Origin: a virus
IMG/VR virus record: IMGVR_UViG_3300017963_005353
Coordinates: 19,526 to 83,525 of that record
Strand: one strand, 5' to 3'
Length of the DNA: 64,000 bases
Part shown: positions 19,319 through 28,703 of the stretch, in pieces
Position numbering within the stretch: the stretch's first letter is position 1
How the letters are laid out: the number at the start of each line of letters is the position of its first letter
Notes under the pieces: model-generated
What the model was told of the DNA's origin: nothing
Seen by the model: the letters and a program-made list of their open reading frames with translations, nothing else
Database searches by the model: none
Translations under genes and position numbers: made by a program

Positions 19319-20193
19319 CTGTCTAGCCCTCCTGCCAGCACTTTGATAACCCGGTTTCTAAACTCCCTGTCAATGCCCCCGGGGTCATTTGCGGGGTTGA
19401 ACGGGTCGAACCACGGGTGCACCAGGAGCAAGTCAAGCATAAATTCATCCTCCGGTTGCTCTCCCCTGGCTTGCTCCACAAGCTGTCCAAAGGGCGTTGT
19501 GACTGACTGCCCGTCAGCACACAGCCCGCGCAAGAGCTTGTCGGGTGTGTACACCGCCCCCCTGTAGATCACCAGGTCGCCCCGTTCCTCTTTGCGGGGA
19601 GGCACCTGCCCGCCCGGAAAGAGAAAGGCCCGCTGCCTGGGATCCTCACCTTTTTTGATGACAAAGGGTCGTTCAAAGGGCTCGACGTGCATGGCGATGC
19701 TGCTGTAGCGTTTTTCAATGATGCGCCACAGGAGCTCGTCAAAGTTCAATGGGTCGCCTGTCTCGATGTCAATGTAGTAATAGCCCAAGTAAACGTCCAG
19801 CAAACGAAACCGGTTTGGGGCTTCGGGTATGGGAACGAATATGACCGTTGTGGCATGGGTGAGGCTGGTCTGGTGGTGGCCGTAGACGTATTCACAGGCC
19901 GGCAGGCCAATGCCCCGCAAGCAGGCGGCGAATATCCGGGCTGCCCCTCCACACCACGTACCCGCCTGCTCCCCAATGACCCGTTGAAACATGGTGGCGG
20001 CCGGCAGGTCGGGCGGCATGTTCGTGTGAGTGCCGGGGTAGGTCATGCGCCGGCCGAGCCAATGCCACAGGCAAAGGGCTGTTTCCCAGGTATCGAAGGG
20101 ATCGGTCATGCACAATTCTTGCAGCCCAGGGACAACAGCCTTGAGATAGTGCCCCAAGGTGTGTTCGTCTGTGATTTGCTCCAGGCTGATCAC
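19315..20193 (-). CDS. transglutaminase-like (Cys-His-Asp) protein
   Basis: GTWCGGAA...THAT...LLDVY spacing typical of the transglutaminase/NAT fold. Confidence 0.55.
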   Translation of the reverse strand: MISLEQITDEHTLGHYLKAVVPGLQELCMTDPFDTWETALCLWHWLGRRMTYPGTHTNMPPDLPAATMFQRVIGEQAGTWCGGAARIFAACLRGIGLPACEYVYGHHQTSLTHATTVIFVPIPEAPNRFRLLDVYLGYYYIDIETGDPLNFDELLWRIIEKRYSSIAMHVEPFERPFVIKKGEDPRQRAFLFPGGQVPPRKEERGDLVIYRGAVYTPDKLLRGLCADGQSVTTPFGQLVEQARGEQPEDEFMLDLLLVHPWFDPFNPANDPGGIDREFRNRVIKVLAGGLDR

Positions 20194-21194
20194 TGGTTTC
20201 TCCTGTGCAAGCTCTGGGCGCGTTCAATGGCCCGTTCCCACTCTGCCATGACAGGCTCCCGGCCAAACCGTTCCCGGGCCAGGGCTTTTGTCCTGTAGCT
20301 CATCCTGACGGCCCGATCGTAATCGTCGATCAGCCCTTGCGCTCTCGCCGTCAACTCTTGCAGGTTGCGGCAAACATAGCCCGTCACGCCGTCTCGAATG
20401 TGCGCCCTGTAGTCGTGTTGCTTCATGCCAACCACCAGGCAAGGAAGGCCGACCGCCAGGGCCTCGGTGAACGATAGCGACAGGTGCCGGCTCGATGCGT
20501 CACAGTCCAGGTTGACGTAGCAACGAAATGCCGCCATTTCCCCGGCGAGCTCCAGGGACGAGCGGTAGCGGTCCGCCGCGTCGAGGTGGAATCCCGGCAC
20601 GCTCTCGGTCAGTGCCAGCCAGTCGCGCAACCGTGGCTGGCTCTCCGGCCCGCCCCGCCATTTGTACGCACCGGCCAGCACGAAAAGAGCCCGGTTGTCC
20701 TGCCCCGTCCATTCCTGCTCGAAATACCAATCCCCAGGATACCAGGGCACAAAATAGGCATCGCGCACGCCGGCGGCGGTCCACTGGTCGGCAGCGACAA
20801 TGGAATCGGTTGCCACGACTGACCGGGCGAACATCTCCCTGTCCTGGGGCTCCAGGGGGATTGTGTGGGGCGTGTACCATGAAACCTTGATAATGCGGGG
20901 CACATCAAGCTCCCAGGACATTTCCCTCCAGGGGGGTTCCCATCCCCGCGCTTCCCAGGTGTCGATGACCACATCGTATTGCTGCCAATTTGCCCCATCC
21001 AGGGGTATCCAGGTGGTCTCGAAGCCAAGCTCTGGCCCCTCTTTCAGCAGCCGGGCTTTGTTGCTCTCCAGCTTGCTATGTGCCCCTCCATCCCCATGGG
21101 GAGCGGGAATCACGATCACGTCAAGCTCCCCAAACAGGGCGGCGGTTTTCTCGATGACCGAGACGTGAGCAGGGTACATCATGGCAACTTTCAT
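20190..21194 (-). CDS. glycosyltransferase (GT-B, GT4-like)
   Basis: SLSFTEALAVGLP, IRDGVTGY, ARERF..W C-terminal signature. Confidence 0.85.
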   Translation of the reverse strand: MKVAMMYPAHVSVIEKTAALFGELDVIVIPAPHGDGGAHSKLESNKARLLKEGPELGFETTWIPLDGANWQQYDVVIDTWEARGWEPPWREMSWELDVPRIIKVSWYTPHTIPLEPQDREMFARSVVATDSIVAADQWTAAGVRDAYFVPWYPGDWYFEQEWTGQDNRALFVLAGAYKWRGGPESQPRLRDWLALTESVPGFHLDAADRYRSSLELAGEMAAFRCYVNLDCDASSRHLSLSFTEALAVGLPCLVVGMKQHDYRAHIRDGVTGYVCRNLQELTARAQGLIDDYDRAVRMSYRTKALARERFGREPVMAEWERAIERAQSLHRRNQ

Positions 21195-21203
21195 AGCGAT
21201 CTC

Positions 21204-21467
21204 CTAACGCACTGGCGACCCGGTTTGTGGGTTGTCGTTGCTCTCTGTTACCCAAAGCACAGACCACCACGCCCAAACGATCCATGCCAGCCCGATGCTG
21301 ACAAAAAGGGCAACGCCGGCCGCTCCCTCTTTCCAGTTTTCCAGGGCGTTCATACCCAGGGCAACCAGGACAAAAAAGAGGACTGTCGCCGAGCTTGCAA
21401 TGGTGACTTTTACGGGCAGCACCCGTTTGTTCCAAAATGCTTTTATTTTATCCATCGTACCATCCAT
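21204..21467 (-). CDS. small two-TM membrane protein
   Basis: Two hydrophobic segments. Confidence 0.55.
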   Translation of the reverse strand: MDGTMDKIKAFWNKRVLPVKVTIASSATVLFFVLVALGMNALENWKEGAAGVALFVSIGLAWIVWAWWSVLWVTESNDNPQTGSPVR

Positions 21468-22248
21468 ATCCCAGGCGCAGCATGATGTCCTTGAAGTGGG
21501 TCAAAAAGATGCGCCTGTGCCATTCGCTCCAACCATCCCACCTCTTTGCAGGGAGGGGATCGTACAGCCAGCCGTGTTCATCCCACAAGCCATGTGGGGG
21601 CAGGTTCAAGGTCTCTTTTTCAACGCTGACGGGGTTTGGGAGCATGGTCTCGCGCACGATCCGAACGTGCTCCAGGTTCCAGGATACTTGTGTAAGGTGT
21701 TCCATGAGCCTCTGGAAATATCGCCCGTCAGTGCCGATGGACTGGTCAAGCGTCTCAATCTTGACCAGGGGCCAATCCTGGGGACGAACGTCCATCAGCC
21801 AGCGGTGCAACCGGGCAAGTTCAACCGTGTAACCTTCAAAGTGGTCCTCTTCGGTTTTCATGGGTCGGCCCAGGTGTTTTTCAACCGTTGCGACGTGTTG
21901 TGTCAGGTCGGGCGTGTTGGGGCCAGGCTGAACCAGGCTGTTCCAATACTGCACGGTCTTTTTCCCCACCACCTCGATGGGATTACGGACGAACCGGGCC
22001 ACGCGCCCATGCTCGGCACAGTATTTGACCACGCCCCCCGATTTGATAAACCCCAGGCTCTTGAACGCGCCTTGCTTGCGCTCGCGCTCGATGTAGTCCA
22101 CAAGCGATTCACCCGGTTTTAGTTCGGGCGAATACTTGTCGTTTGTCGGAGCTTCTGCCCAGGCCCACACGTCAGGGTGTGCCCGGCAGATGGACATGAA
22201 CCAAAAACCCCCACAGTGGCCCAGGTTGACTTGCGCCCAGACTTTCAT
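21448..22248 (-). CDS. sulfotransferase-fold protein (degenerate)
   Basis: GHCGGFWF..ICRAHPDV...E resembles the 5'-PSB/HP motif; FVRNPIEV resembles the 3'-PB motif; ends ...LGY. Confidence 0.5.
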   Translation of the reverse strand: MKVWAQVNLGHCGGFWFMSICRAHPDVWAWAEAPTNDKYSPELKPGESLVDYIERERKQGAFKSLGFIKSGGVVKYCAEHGRVARFVRNPIEVVGKKTVQYWNSLVQPGPNTPDLTQHVATVEKHLGRPMKTEEDHFEGYTVELARLHRWLMDVRPQDWPLVKIETLDQSIGTDGRYFQRLMEHLTQVSWNLEHVRIVRETMLPNPVSVEKETLNLPPHGLWDEHGWLYDPLPAKRWDGWSEWHRRIFLTHFKDIMLRLGYGWYDG

Positions 22249-22430
22249 CGGCAGCTCCCCAGGATGGCGACAAGGCTTTGCAGCATGCTCGAATCTGACA
22301 GCATAATAAGGGTAAGAAAGGCAAGAAGAAAATCGCACAGCATGGTGATGGCGACCAGGGCACCAATTGGAAGATCGTCGCTGCTCAGTTTGGTGATAGA
22401 CAAAAATAAACCTGCACAGATGGTCAACAC
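22245..22430 (-). CDS. small membrane protein
   Basis: 61 aa hydrophobic, coupled to the carbamoyltransferase; RBS GGAGAG. Confidence 0.45.
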   Translation of the reverse strand: MLTICAGLFLSITKLSSDDLPIGALVAITMLCDFLLAFLTLIMLSDSSMLQSLVAILGSCR

Positions 22431-24121
22431 GGCTCTCCCTCCTTCTCGAGCATGAACCAGCGCCCAAAGGCCAGGGTATCAATGCCCGACTGCTCAAATG
22501 TCTGCATGGCGTCGTAAGGGCTGCTGACGATGGGCTCCCCTCTCAGGTTAAACGACGTGTTCATAAGTAGGGGCACGTGGGTCAGGCGGTGAAACTCAGT
22601 GAGGATTTCAAACAAAAAGGGATTCTCGGTTTCGCTGACCGTTTGAATACGGCTCATCCCGTTGACGTGTACGACGGCCGGCACATGGTCGGGGTTGTAT
22701 GCTTGATGGGTGAGCATCATGTGGGCAGCGGATGGGCTGTTGAATGTCTCGAACCAGTATTTGGCATGTGTGTCCATCACAACCGGTGCAAACGGGCGGA
22801 AAGCCTCTCGAAACTTGACCTTGGCGTTCATGCGGTCTTTCATGCGGGCGTCTCGGGGGTCGGCCAGGATGGTGCGGTTGCCCAACGCCCGGTTGCCCCA
22901 TTCGTCTCTGCCCTGGTAGAGAGCCACGATCTTACCCTGGGCGAGTTGTCGTGCAATTTCTTGGGCATTTGATTCCTGTTGCGGGAACCAAGAACAATCT
23001 GCCAGGGTTTGTTCAATTATCCGGTCAGGATAGTCGATCCCCAGGTAGGGCGTGAAGGGATACCGACGCACGTTTGTTGGTGCACAATCGGCCAGATCGC
23101 CTATGATCGCCGCTCCCATGGCACAACCGGCGTCCCCTGCGGCCGGCTGTATCCACAGGGTCAGGTCGGGATTGCAGCGCAGTATCATGGCGTTCAACAC
23201 GCAATTGAGCGTCACGCCACCGGCCATGCACAGGTTTCGGTGGTTGCCCTGGCCCAGGAACAGTTGCACCATCCTGAGCACCGTCGTTTCCAGCGCATAT
23301 TGGACCGCTGCCGCCAGGTCCATGTGTTCCTGCTCGATGGGACCGCCCGGTTTTCGTGGGGGCACGCCCAACAGCTTTTCCAGGGCGGGCGTGTGGTGAC
23401 AATGGGGATTACACCAGTCGAAATACTTCTGGTCAAGCCCAAACGACCCATCGGCGTTGAGCAAGAGGATATTTTCCAGCAAGCGGTCAGCAAGCGGAAA
23501 CGCATCGCCCATGGCCGCCAGGCCCATGACCTTGAACTCCCCGTTGTTGGACCGGAAGCCCAGGTAGTTCGTCATGACCGAGTAGAGCAACCCTAGCGAG
23601 TGGGGAAAACTGATGGACTGGATCCGGTGCAAGTTGTTCCCTTCACCATTCCATACCGTCAACGTGTCCCACTCCCCAACGCCATCGATCACGAGCACCA
23701 ACGCCCGCTCAAAGGGAGACGTGAAAAACGTGGCAGCAGCGTGGCTCCTGTGGTGCTGCGCGTTGTAAATCGGTCCATTGTAACCGAGCAACCGCATGTG
23801 TGTCTCAATGCCCCGCTTGTGGTGATAGTGATAGGGTATCACATTGCGCCAATAATTCCAGGTGCCCGGCCAGCCATCGCGGGCCTGGGCGACAACACGC
23901 TCAAACTTAAAGTCGGGATCTTCGTGGAAGAAAACCTGGTCCACGTCGTCCCATTTCCAGCCACAATGCAGGAGCGCAGCTTGCAAGGCCAGTTGGGGGA
24001 ACCTGGCGTCGTGCTTGACACGGCTCAATCGCTCCTCCTGTATGGCAAACCGTATCTCGCCATTCTCTATCGCCACGACCGCCGAGTCGTGGTAAAAGCA
24101 CGACACGCCAATGGTTCTCAT
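22424..24121 (-). CDS. carbamoyltransferase (NodU/CmcH/TobZ family)
   Basis: HDSA, QEERLSRVKH, HHRSHAA, IDGVGE, GEFKVMGLA, AAGDAG, RALGNR, KFREAFRPFAP, NTSFN. Confidence 0.95.
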   Translation of the reverse strand: MRTIGVSCFYHDSAVVAIENGEIRFAIQEERLSRVKHDARFPQLALQAALLHCGWKWDDVDQVFFHEDPDFKFERVVAQARDGWPGTWNYWRNVIPYHYHHKRGIETHMRLLGYNGPIYNAQHHRSHAAATFFTSPFERALVLVIDGVGEWDTLTVWNGEGNNLHRIQSISFPHSLGLLYSVMTNYLGFRSNNGEFKVMGLAAMGDAFPLADRLLENILLLNADGSFGLDQKYFDWCNPHCHHTPALEKLLGVPPRKPGGPIEQEHMDLAAAVQYALETTVLRMVQLFLGQGNHRNLCMAGGVTLNCVLNAMILRCNPDLTLWIQPAAGDAGCAMGAAIIGDLADCAPTNVRRYPFTPYLGIDYPDRIIEQTLADCSWFPQQESNAQEIARQLAQGKIVALYQGRDEWGNRALGNRTILADPRDARMKDRMNAKVKFREAFRPFAPVVMDTHAKYWFETFNSPSAAHMMLTHQAYNPDHVPAVVHVNGMSRIQTVSETENPFLFEILTEFHRLTHVPLLMNTSFNLRGEPIVSSPYDAMQTFEQSGIDTLAFGRWFMLEKEGEPC

Positions 24122-24291
24122 CTGTGCCAGCCCCTCCTATCTTGCACGGGAAACAACAGACCGAGCCCCAGGTAGAGCACAGCCAGGAGCAAGGTTGCTA
24201 GGCAAGCGGGTAGACGATGACGCTTTCGCCCGGATTGGCGGGCACGTGCATGTTCTCCAGGGTCCATGAAAGAGAACGGGTGAATAACCAT
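24118..24291 (-). CDS. 57-aa single-TM protein (absent from the ORF track)
   Basis: AGGAGG then ATG 24291; MVIHPF...LATLLLAVLYLGLGLLF...; ATGA overlap with the carbamoyltransferase. Confidence 0.55.
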   Translation of the reverse strand: MVIHPFSFMDPGEHARARQSGRKRHRLPACLATLLLAVLYLGLGLLFPVQDRRGWHR

Positions 24292-24303
24292 GTCAAGAGC
24301 CTC

Positions 24304-25137
24304 CTAACAGTCCAGTTCATGTTTCAACGACCTCCACAAAATTTCAGCCATCCACGGATAGGCATCAGGCTCCGGGTGCCCCATGTCCTGGAAATAGGGC
24401 ACACCCTGGGCGAGTGTGTTGACCGCCATTCCCGCCCACATGTTGCACAGGGGCACATCTAACGCCTCTGCTGCCCGGCGGCAAACTTCGTTGCGCTTCA
24501 ATATCTTGTCCAGGTGTTTGGCGGCTGTAGCGTGAAAATCATCGTTGCCCCAGAACCGGCGCAAACAGCCCTCCAGGTGGGCGTTGCCGGGCCGTTCCCG
24601 GGAGCCACCGGCTGAGGGGAGAATATAAGAGGTCCAGTCCTCCTTGATCGTAAGCTCATTGAGCAGGCTAGGCATGGTCACAAACATGGGGCCGGGCAGG
24701 TCGGCAACCCGTTTCCACAAGCCGAGGTCTCGATCCCAACCTTGCCAACCGTGCCAGCCGGGCAGGGTGACGTTGTGGTCTATGGCGATCTCGGCGTTTC
24801 TCCGCTCCATCAGATCCACAAGCTCGTGAAACCGTATGCCCTCCACGCCCCCGTTGAAAAACTGGATGGACGGACAAAACTTCTCGAGCATGTCTACCCA
24901 GGTGCGCCGACCCTGTCCAAATACCACCGAGTCGCCCCACACCACAGCCAGGGGGCGGCTATAGTCTCGATCCTGGAGCGAGCGGAAACCCAGGTCGTTC
25001 ATGCGAAAAAGAGTGACAGCATCCTTGTAGCAGACGCGCACGTTCCGGGCGGTCTCCATTGCCACAGGGTCCCAATAGTGGCTTTTGGTGAATCGCCCGT
25101 CCGTTTCGCCTTTCCACATGCAGACTTTATCAGCCAT
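24304..25137 (-). CDS. SGNH/GDSL hydrolase or acyltransferase
   Basis: WGDSVVFG, NGGVEG, DMGHP. Confidence 0.8.
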   Translation of the reverse strand: MADKVCMWKGETDGRFTKSHYWDPVAMETARNVRVCYKDAVTLFRMNDLGFRSLQDRDYSRPLAVVWGDSVVFGQGRRTWVDMLEKFCPSIQFFNGGVEGIRFHELVDLMERRNAEIAIDHNVTLPGWHGWQGWDRDLGLWKRVADLPGPMFVTMPSLLNELTIKEDWTSYILPSAGGSRERPGNAHLEGCLRRFWGNDDFHATAAKHLDKILKRNEVCRRAAEALDVPLCNMWAGMAVNTLAQGVPYFQDMGHPEPDAYPWMAEILWRSLKHELDC

Positions 25138-25870
25138 GCTTGTGCCCTTCCTTGAGCCACCATTCGGCTGCGCTTGCATCGAGCAGGTTGTGAATATCCC
25201 GGCCGGCAAGCCAGGTGCGAACGATAGGCTTGCACTTTTCGCCCATCCACCACCAGGGGCTCACCGTGTCGTCCTTATGCCCCGCGCACCTGGCACGAAA
25301 GGCCCACAACCCTTGGTCGAAATAGTAGGCCAGGGGATAACTCTGACGGTTTGTAGATTGTTCCGGCGATGCTCCCGCAAGGTGCTCCCGCCCAGGGTAA
25401 ACAGTCAAAAGCCCGTTCTCACCTATGGCGAGCGACCGCAAGGGGTGATCGTCCTGTGCCTGCCACACACTCATCACGCTGTCCAATGTGGGATCATCCT
25501 CCAGCATCTCCAGGGCGCGATCCACGAGCGGGGCGTCAATCATCACCCCGTTGCCGATCATGATGACCACGTTTTCCAGGGCGTTGTGCTGTTCCCAAAC
25601 CTTTCTCACGGCAAAGGCAATGGCGTCTCCGTGGTTTGCATCCGGGGCGGTGAGCACTTCTGGCTCCCAGATGGTTTGTGCGCCATATTCACCGGCCAGG
25701 GCCGCGATGATATTGGAATCGGTGAGGCAAAACACACCTTCCACTCGATCAGCCGTTGCGGCAGCGGCTAGAGCATAGATCACGCAGGGAAGGCCGGCGA
25801 TGGGCATGATGTTCTTCCGGGGGATGCTCTGGCTCTGGCCTTTTGCAGTGATGATCGCCGCGTTTTTCAT
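25130..25870 (-). CDS. cytidylyltransferase (NeuA/KdsB-like CMP-sugar synthetase)
   Basis: IITAKGQSQSIPRKNI, LTDS, RDIH. Confidence 0.85.
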   Translation of the reverse strand: MKNAAIITAKGQSQSIPRKNIMPIAGLPCVIYALAAAATADRVEGVFCLTDSNIIAALAGEYGAQTIWEPEVLTAPDANHGDAIAFAVRKVWEQHNALENVVIMIGNGVMIDAPLVDRALEMLEDDPTLDSVMSVWQAQDDHPLRSLAIGENGLLTVYPGREHLAGASPEQSTNRQSYPLAYYFDQGLWAFRARCAGHKDDTVSPWWWMGEKCKPIVRTWLAGRDIHNLLDASAAEWWLKEGHKHG

Positions 25871-26847
25871 GCTGCCCCCTTTTGCAAACTGAAAGCCAGT
25901 TGCATGGCTCGTTTGGCATCTACAATGGACGCCATAGCAACGGGTTTTCCAGATTCAACCGCTTGACGAAACAGGTTCACTTCCCTGTGGAACGAATTGT
26001 TTGTCTCAAAAGTTTTTGTTTCAATGTCGGCGCTGGCGTCTCTCGGAATGGCAACGTAAGTGGCAGGGCTGTACCGCCCGGAGGGGGAGCAAAACCCGTT
26101 CAACTGAACGTTGCCGTTTGACAGGCCAATCTCGATACCATAGGACGGTTGGCTTGAGGCAGAAAAGTGGACAGAGGCCGATATGCCGGTTTTTGATCTC
26201 AGTAATGCGAATACGTTGTCGTCTACGGGGCAAGGGAAATGGTGGGTATCTACCAGGGAGGTCAAGCCCTGCAAGGTCTCGAACTCCTCACCGGTGAACC
26301 AGTAGAGGAGGTCCAGCACATGTATGCCCAGGTCGAGCAAAACACCGCCCCCTGACAGGAGCGGGATCTGTCGCCATAGGCCGGTGTGCCCGCTCGAGGT
26401 GTATTGCGCCCTGATCCATAGAGGTGTTCCATACCGGTGCTCCTGGATCGCCCGTTTCGCCAAAAGGACATGCTCATGCCAGCGGTGGTTAAAGCCGAAC
26501 ATGAGCACCAGGCCTGGATGAGACCCCAGGGTATCATCCATCAGTCTCAAGTCTGACAAGTTGCGACCTGGGGGCTTTTCGCAAAATACATGCTTGCCCT
26601 GGTCCAAGGCCCAGGCCACAACCGAGGCTTGCACGTTGTTGAACGCACAGGCAAACACGGCGTCAATGTCTCGGCGGGCGCACAGATCACGGTAGTCTGT
26701 GTGAAACTGTGAAGGAGCAATCATATGAAATCTCCCCAACTGCCTGGGGTCAATGTCGCAGACGGCGCCAATCTCAATGCCTACCTGCTGGCAGCATTGG
26801 GCGCGGATTTGTCCCATTTTGCCCAGGCCCACAATACCGACCCTCAC
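25867..26847 (-). CDS. Gfo/Idh/MocA oxidoreductase
   Basis: GLGKMG, KHVFCEKP, GFNHR, GGGVLLDLGIH. Confidence 0.92.
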   Translation of the reverse strand: MRVGIVGLGKMGQIRAQCCQQVGIEIGAVCDIDPRQLGRFHMIAPSQFHTDYRDLCARRDIDAVFACAFNNVQASVVAWALDQGKHVFCEKPPGRNLSDLRLMDDTLGSHPGLVLMFGFNHRWHEHVLLAKRAIQEHRYGTPLWIRAQYTSSGHTGLWRQIPLLSGGGVLLDLGIHVLDLLYWFTGEEFETLQGLTSLVDTHHFPCPVDDNVFALLRSKTGISASVHFSASSQPSYGIEIGLSNGNVQLNGFCSPSGRYSPATYVAIPRDASADIETKTFETNNSFHREVNLFRQAVESGKPVAMASIVDAKRAMQLAFSLQKGAA

Positions 26848-26865
26848 GGAAACCTCCTTGCCATA

Positions 26866-26894
26866 ATTATACCTGTTTGGCCGCTTTGCGTCAA
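26866..26894 (-). promoter_or_regulatory. sigma70-type promoter
   Basis: TTGACG-17-TATAAT upstream of AAGGAGG and GTG 26847. Confidence 0.7.
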
Positions 26895-27979
26895 GCCCCC
26901 AGGAATTCAGCGATCTCAGTTGTGCTCAGTTCGGTTTCAAACATCTCGCCCGGCCCGTGAGTGAGGATAGCGTTGACCACGCCCGGCTTGTTGCCCCGTT
27001 TTTTGTCCTGACCGAGAGCTTGAATCAAAGACTGGCCGGTCGGGAAGTCCACTCTAGAGCAAAACCCATGATAGACATTCCTGGCAATCTGTGTCATTTC
27101 ATGGCAGGTATCACGGCTCAGGTAGCCCTTTTCCCAGGAGATCTCACAGGCGATCTCAATGCCCCCGGCGACCGCGATGCCGTGGGGGATCTGTGGGTCA
27201 ACCGCCTCGATGGCATGGCCGAATGTATGCCCCCAATTGAGCAGTCGGCGCACGCCTGTGTCTCGCTCGTCTTGCATGATGTATTCGCGCTTGATCTGGA
27301 GCGTTGCCCTGGCAGCCTTGACAAGCTCATCGTGTGCATACTCCAGATCAGGGTCGAGCATGTTGCCCAAGGTGTCTTTGACCCATTTGTACCACTGTCC
27401 ACCCTGCACCATGAAAAAGTGGAGCATCTCGCCTATCCCTGATAGTTGCTCCAGGTGGGGGAGCGTCAGGAGAAATGAGCGGTCGATCAACACCACTTCA
27501 GGCGGCCAGATGGTGCCAATGATGTTTTTGTAGCCGCCCAGGTTGATGCTCGTTTTGCCCCCTATACAGCTATCGGCCTGGGCGAGCAAGGTCGTGGGGA
27601 AATAGACCCACTTGATGCCCCGCATATACACGCTGGCCGCAAACCCGCCCAGGTCCATAAGCGAGCCCCCACCGACGACAAAGAGCCTGTTTTGGCGGGA
27701 GACGCCCTTTTCCAGGAACTCTGTTAGCAGGGAAACAACGTGGGTCAGGGTTTTTATCTGTCTACCCAGGCCCTCGAATGGTGGGCAGATAAAGGCTCTC
27801 TCAGCCTGTATGAGATCGTCAATCTGCTCTGAGTATCCATGGTAGATTGCGGGGTCGATCATCACCGGGTCCCCAGGGGCGATCAGGCTTTCCAGTGCAT
27901 CGAGCCAATTGCCGGTTTCTTGTATGGTGTAGTCTTGCACCTGGCTTGAGATTGCCAGCTTGAACTCATTGTCGGACAT
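26891..27979 (-). CDS. sugar-phosphate cyclase (3-dehydroquinate synthase / AroB-related)
   Basis: GGGSLMDLGGF, PTTLLAQADSCIGGK, KNIIG, GEMLH, LNWGHTFGHAIE, HGIAV. Confidence 0.88.
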   Translation of the reverse strand: MSDNEFKLAISSQVQDYTIQETGNWLDALESLIAPGDPVMIDPAIYHGYSEQIDDLIQAERAFICPPFEGLGRQIKTLTHVVSLLTEFLEKGVSRQNRLFVVGGGSLMDLGGFAASVYMRGIKWVYFPTTLLAQADSCIGGKTSINLGGYKNIIGTIWPPEVVLIDRSFLLTLPHLEQLSGIGEMLHFFMVQGGQWYKWVKDTLGNMLDPDLEYAHDELVKAARATLQIKREYIMQDERDTGVRRLLNWGHTFGHAIEAVDPQIPHGIAVAGGIEIACEISWEKGYLSRDTCHEMTQIARNVYHGFCSRVDFPTGQSLIQALGQDKKRGNKPGVVNAILTHGPGEMFETELSTTEIAEFLGA

Positions 27980-28703
27980 TGTGAAACCCTCCATCTATAG
28001 TGATATTCTGTCCTGTGATGTACGTGTTCTCGTCGGAGCACAGCCAAACAACCAACCTGGCAATCTCCACTGGTTGAGCAAACCGACCAAGTGGGATCTG
28101 CAAGGCAAGTTCTCTTTGTTTCTGGGTCGTCAGGGTGCGGTCGGTGAGCTCTGTCTGAGTGAATCCAGGGCTGACCATGTTCACCAGCACCCCATGGGGA
28201 GCCATATCAGCGGCCATGGCTCGGATCATGCCCGCCAGCCCCGCCTTGGTGGCAGCGTACACACTCCGCCCCGTCTTACCGGTCTCTGCCCAGATGGAGC
28301 CAATGTTGACAATATGCCCACCATGCCCTTGGCGTTGCATGACCCGACACGCAGCCCTGGCGATGCTGAATGGGGCAATCAGATTGACGCGCATAAGCAT
28401 GTTGATCGTGTCGGTTTCGATTTTCCAGATGGGGGCATTGACGTTGGTGCCAGCGTTTTGGACCAGCACGTCTAACCGGTCGAGAGTATGTAAAAAGCCC
28501 TCACACATTTGCAGAATGTGTTGGGCGTTGTTGAAATCACATCTCACATACCTGTCGAGCCATGCTGGACATTTGGGAAACCTGATCTTTCCGGTGCCAA
28601 TAACCCGCGCTCCCCTCCCTTGGAGTTGGCTGGCGATGGCTTTACCTATACCCCTGGTCGCCCCGGTGACGATTGCCGTTTTACCGGTAAAATCCAGGCT
28701 CAT
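27966..28703 (-). CDS. short-chain dehydrogenase/reductase (FabG-like)
   Basis: TGATRGIG, NAG, YAATK, PG..T, IDGG. Confidence 0.92.
   Translation of the reverse strand: MSLDFTGKTAIVTGATRGIGKAIASQLQGRGARVIGTGKIRFPKCPAWLDRYVRCDFNNAQHILQMCEGFLHTLDRLDVLVQNAGTNVNAPIWKIETDTINMLMRVNLIAPFSIARAACRVMQRQGHGGHIVNIGSIWAETGKTGRSVYAATKAGLAGMIRAMAADMAPHGVLVNMVSPGFTQTELTDRTLTTQKQRELALQIPLGRFAQPVEIARLVVWLCSDENTYITGQNITIDGGFHNVRQ

Noticed and set aside
26891-27979. Calling the cyclase aroB (shikimate auxiliary metabolic gene)
   Set aside because: Active-site substitutions and the glycan-gene context argue for a paralog, so no symbol was assigned.
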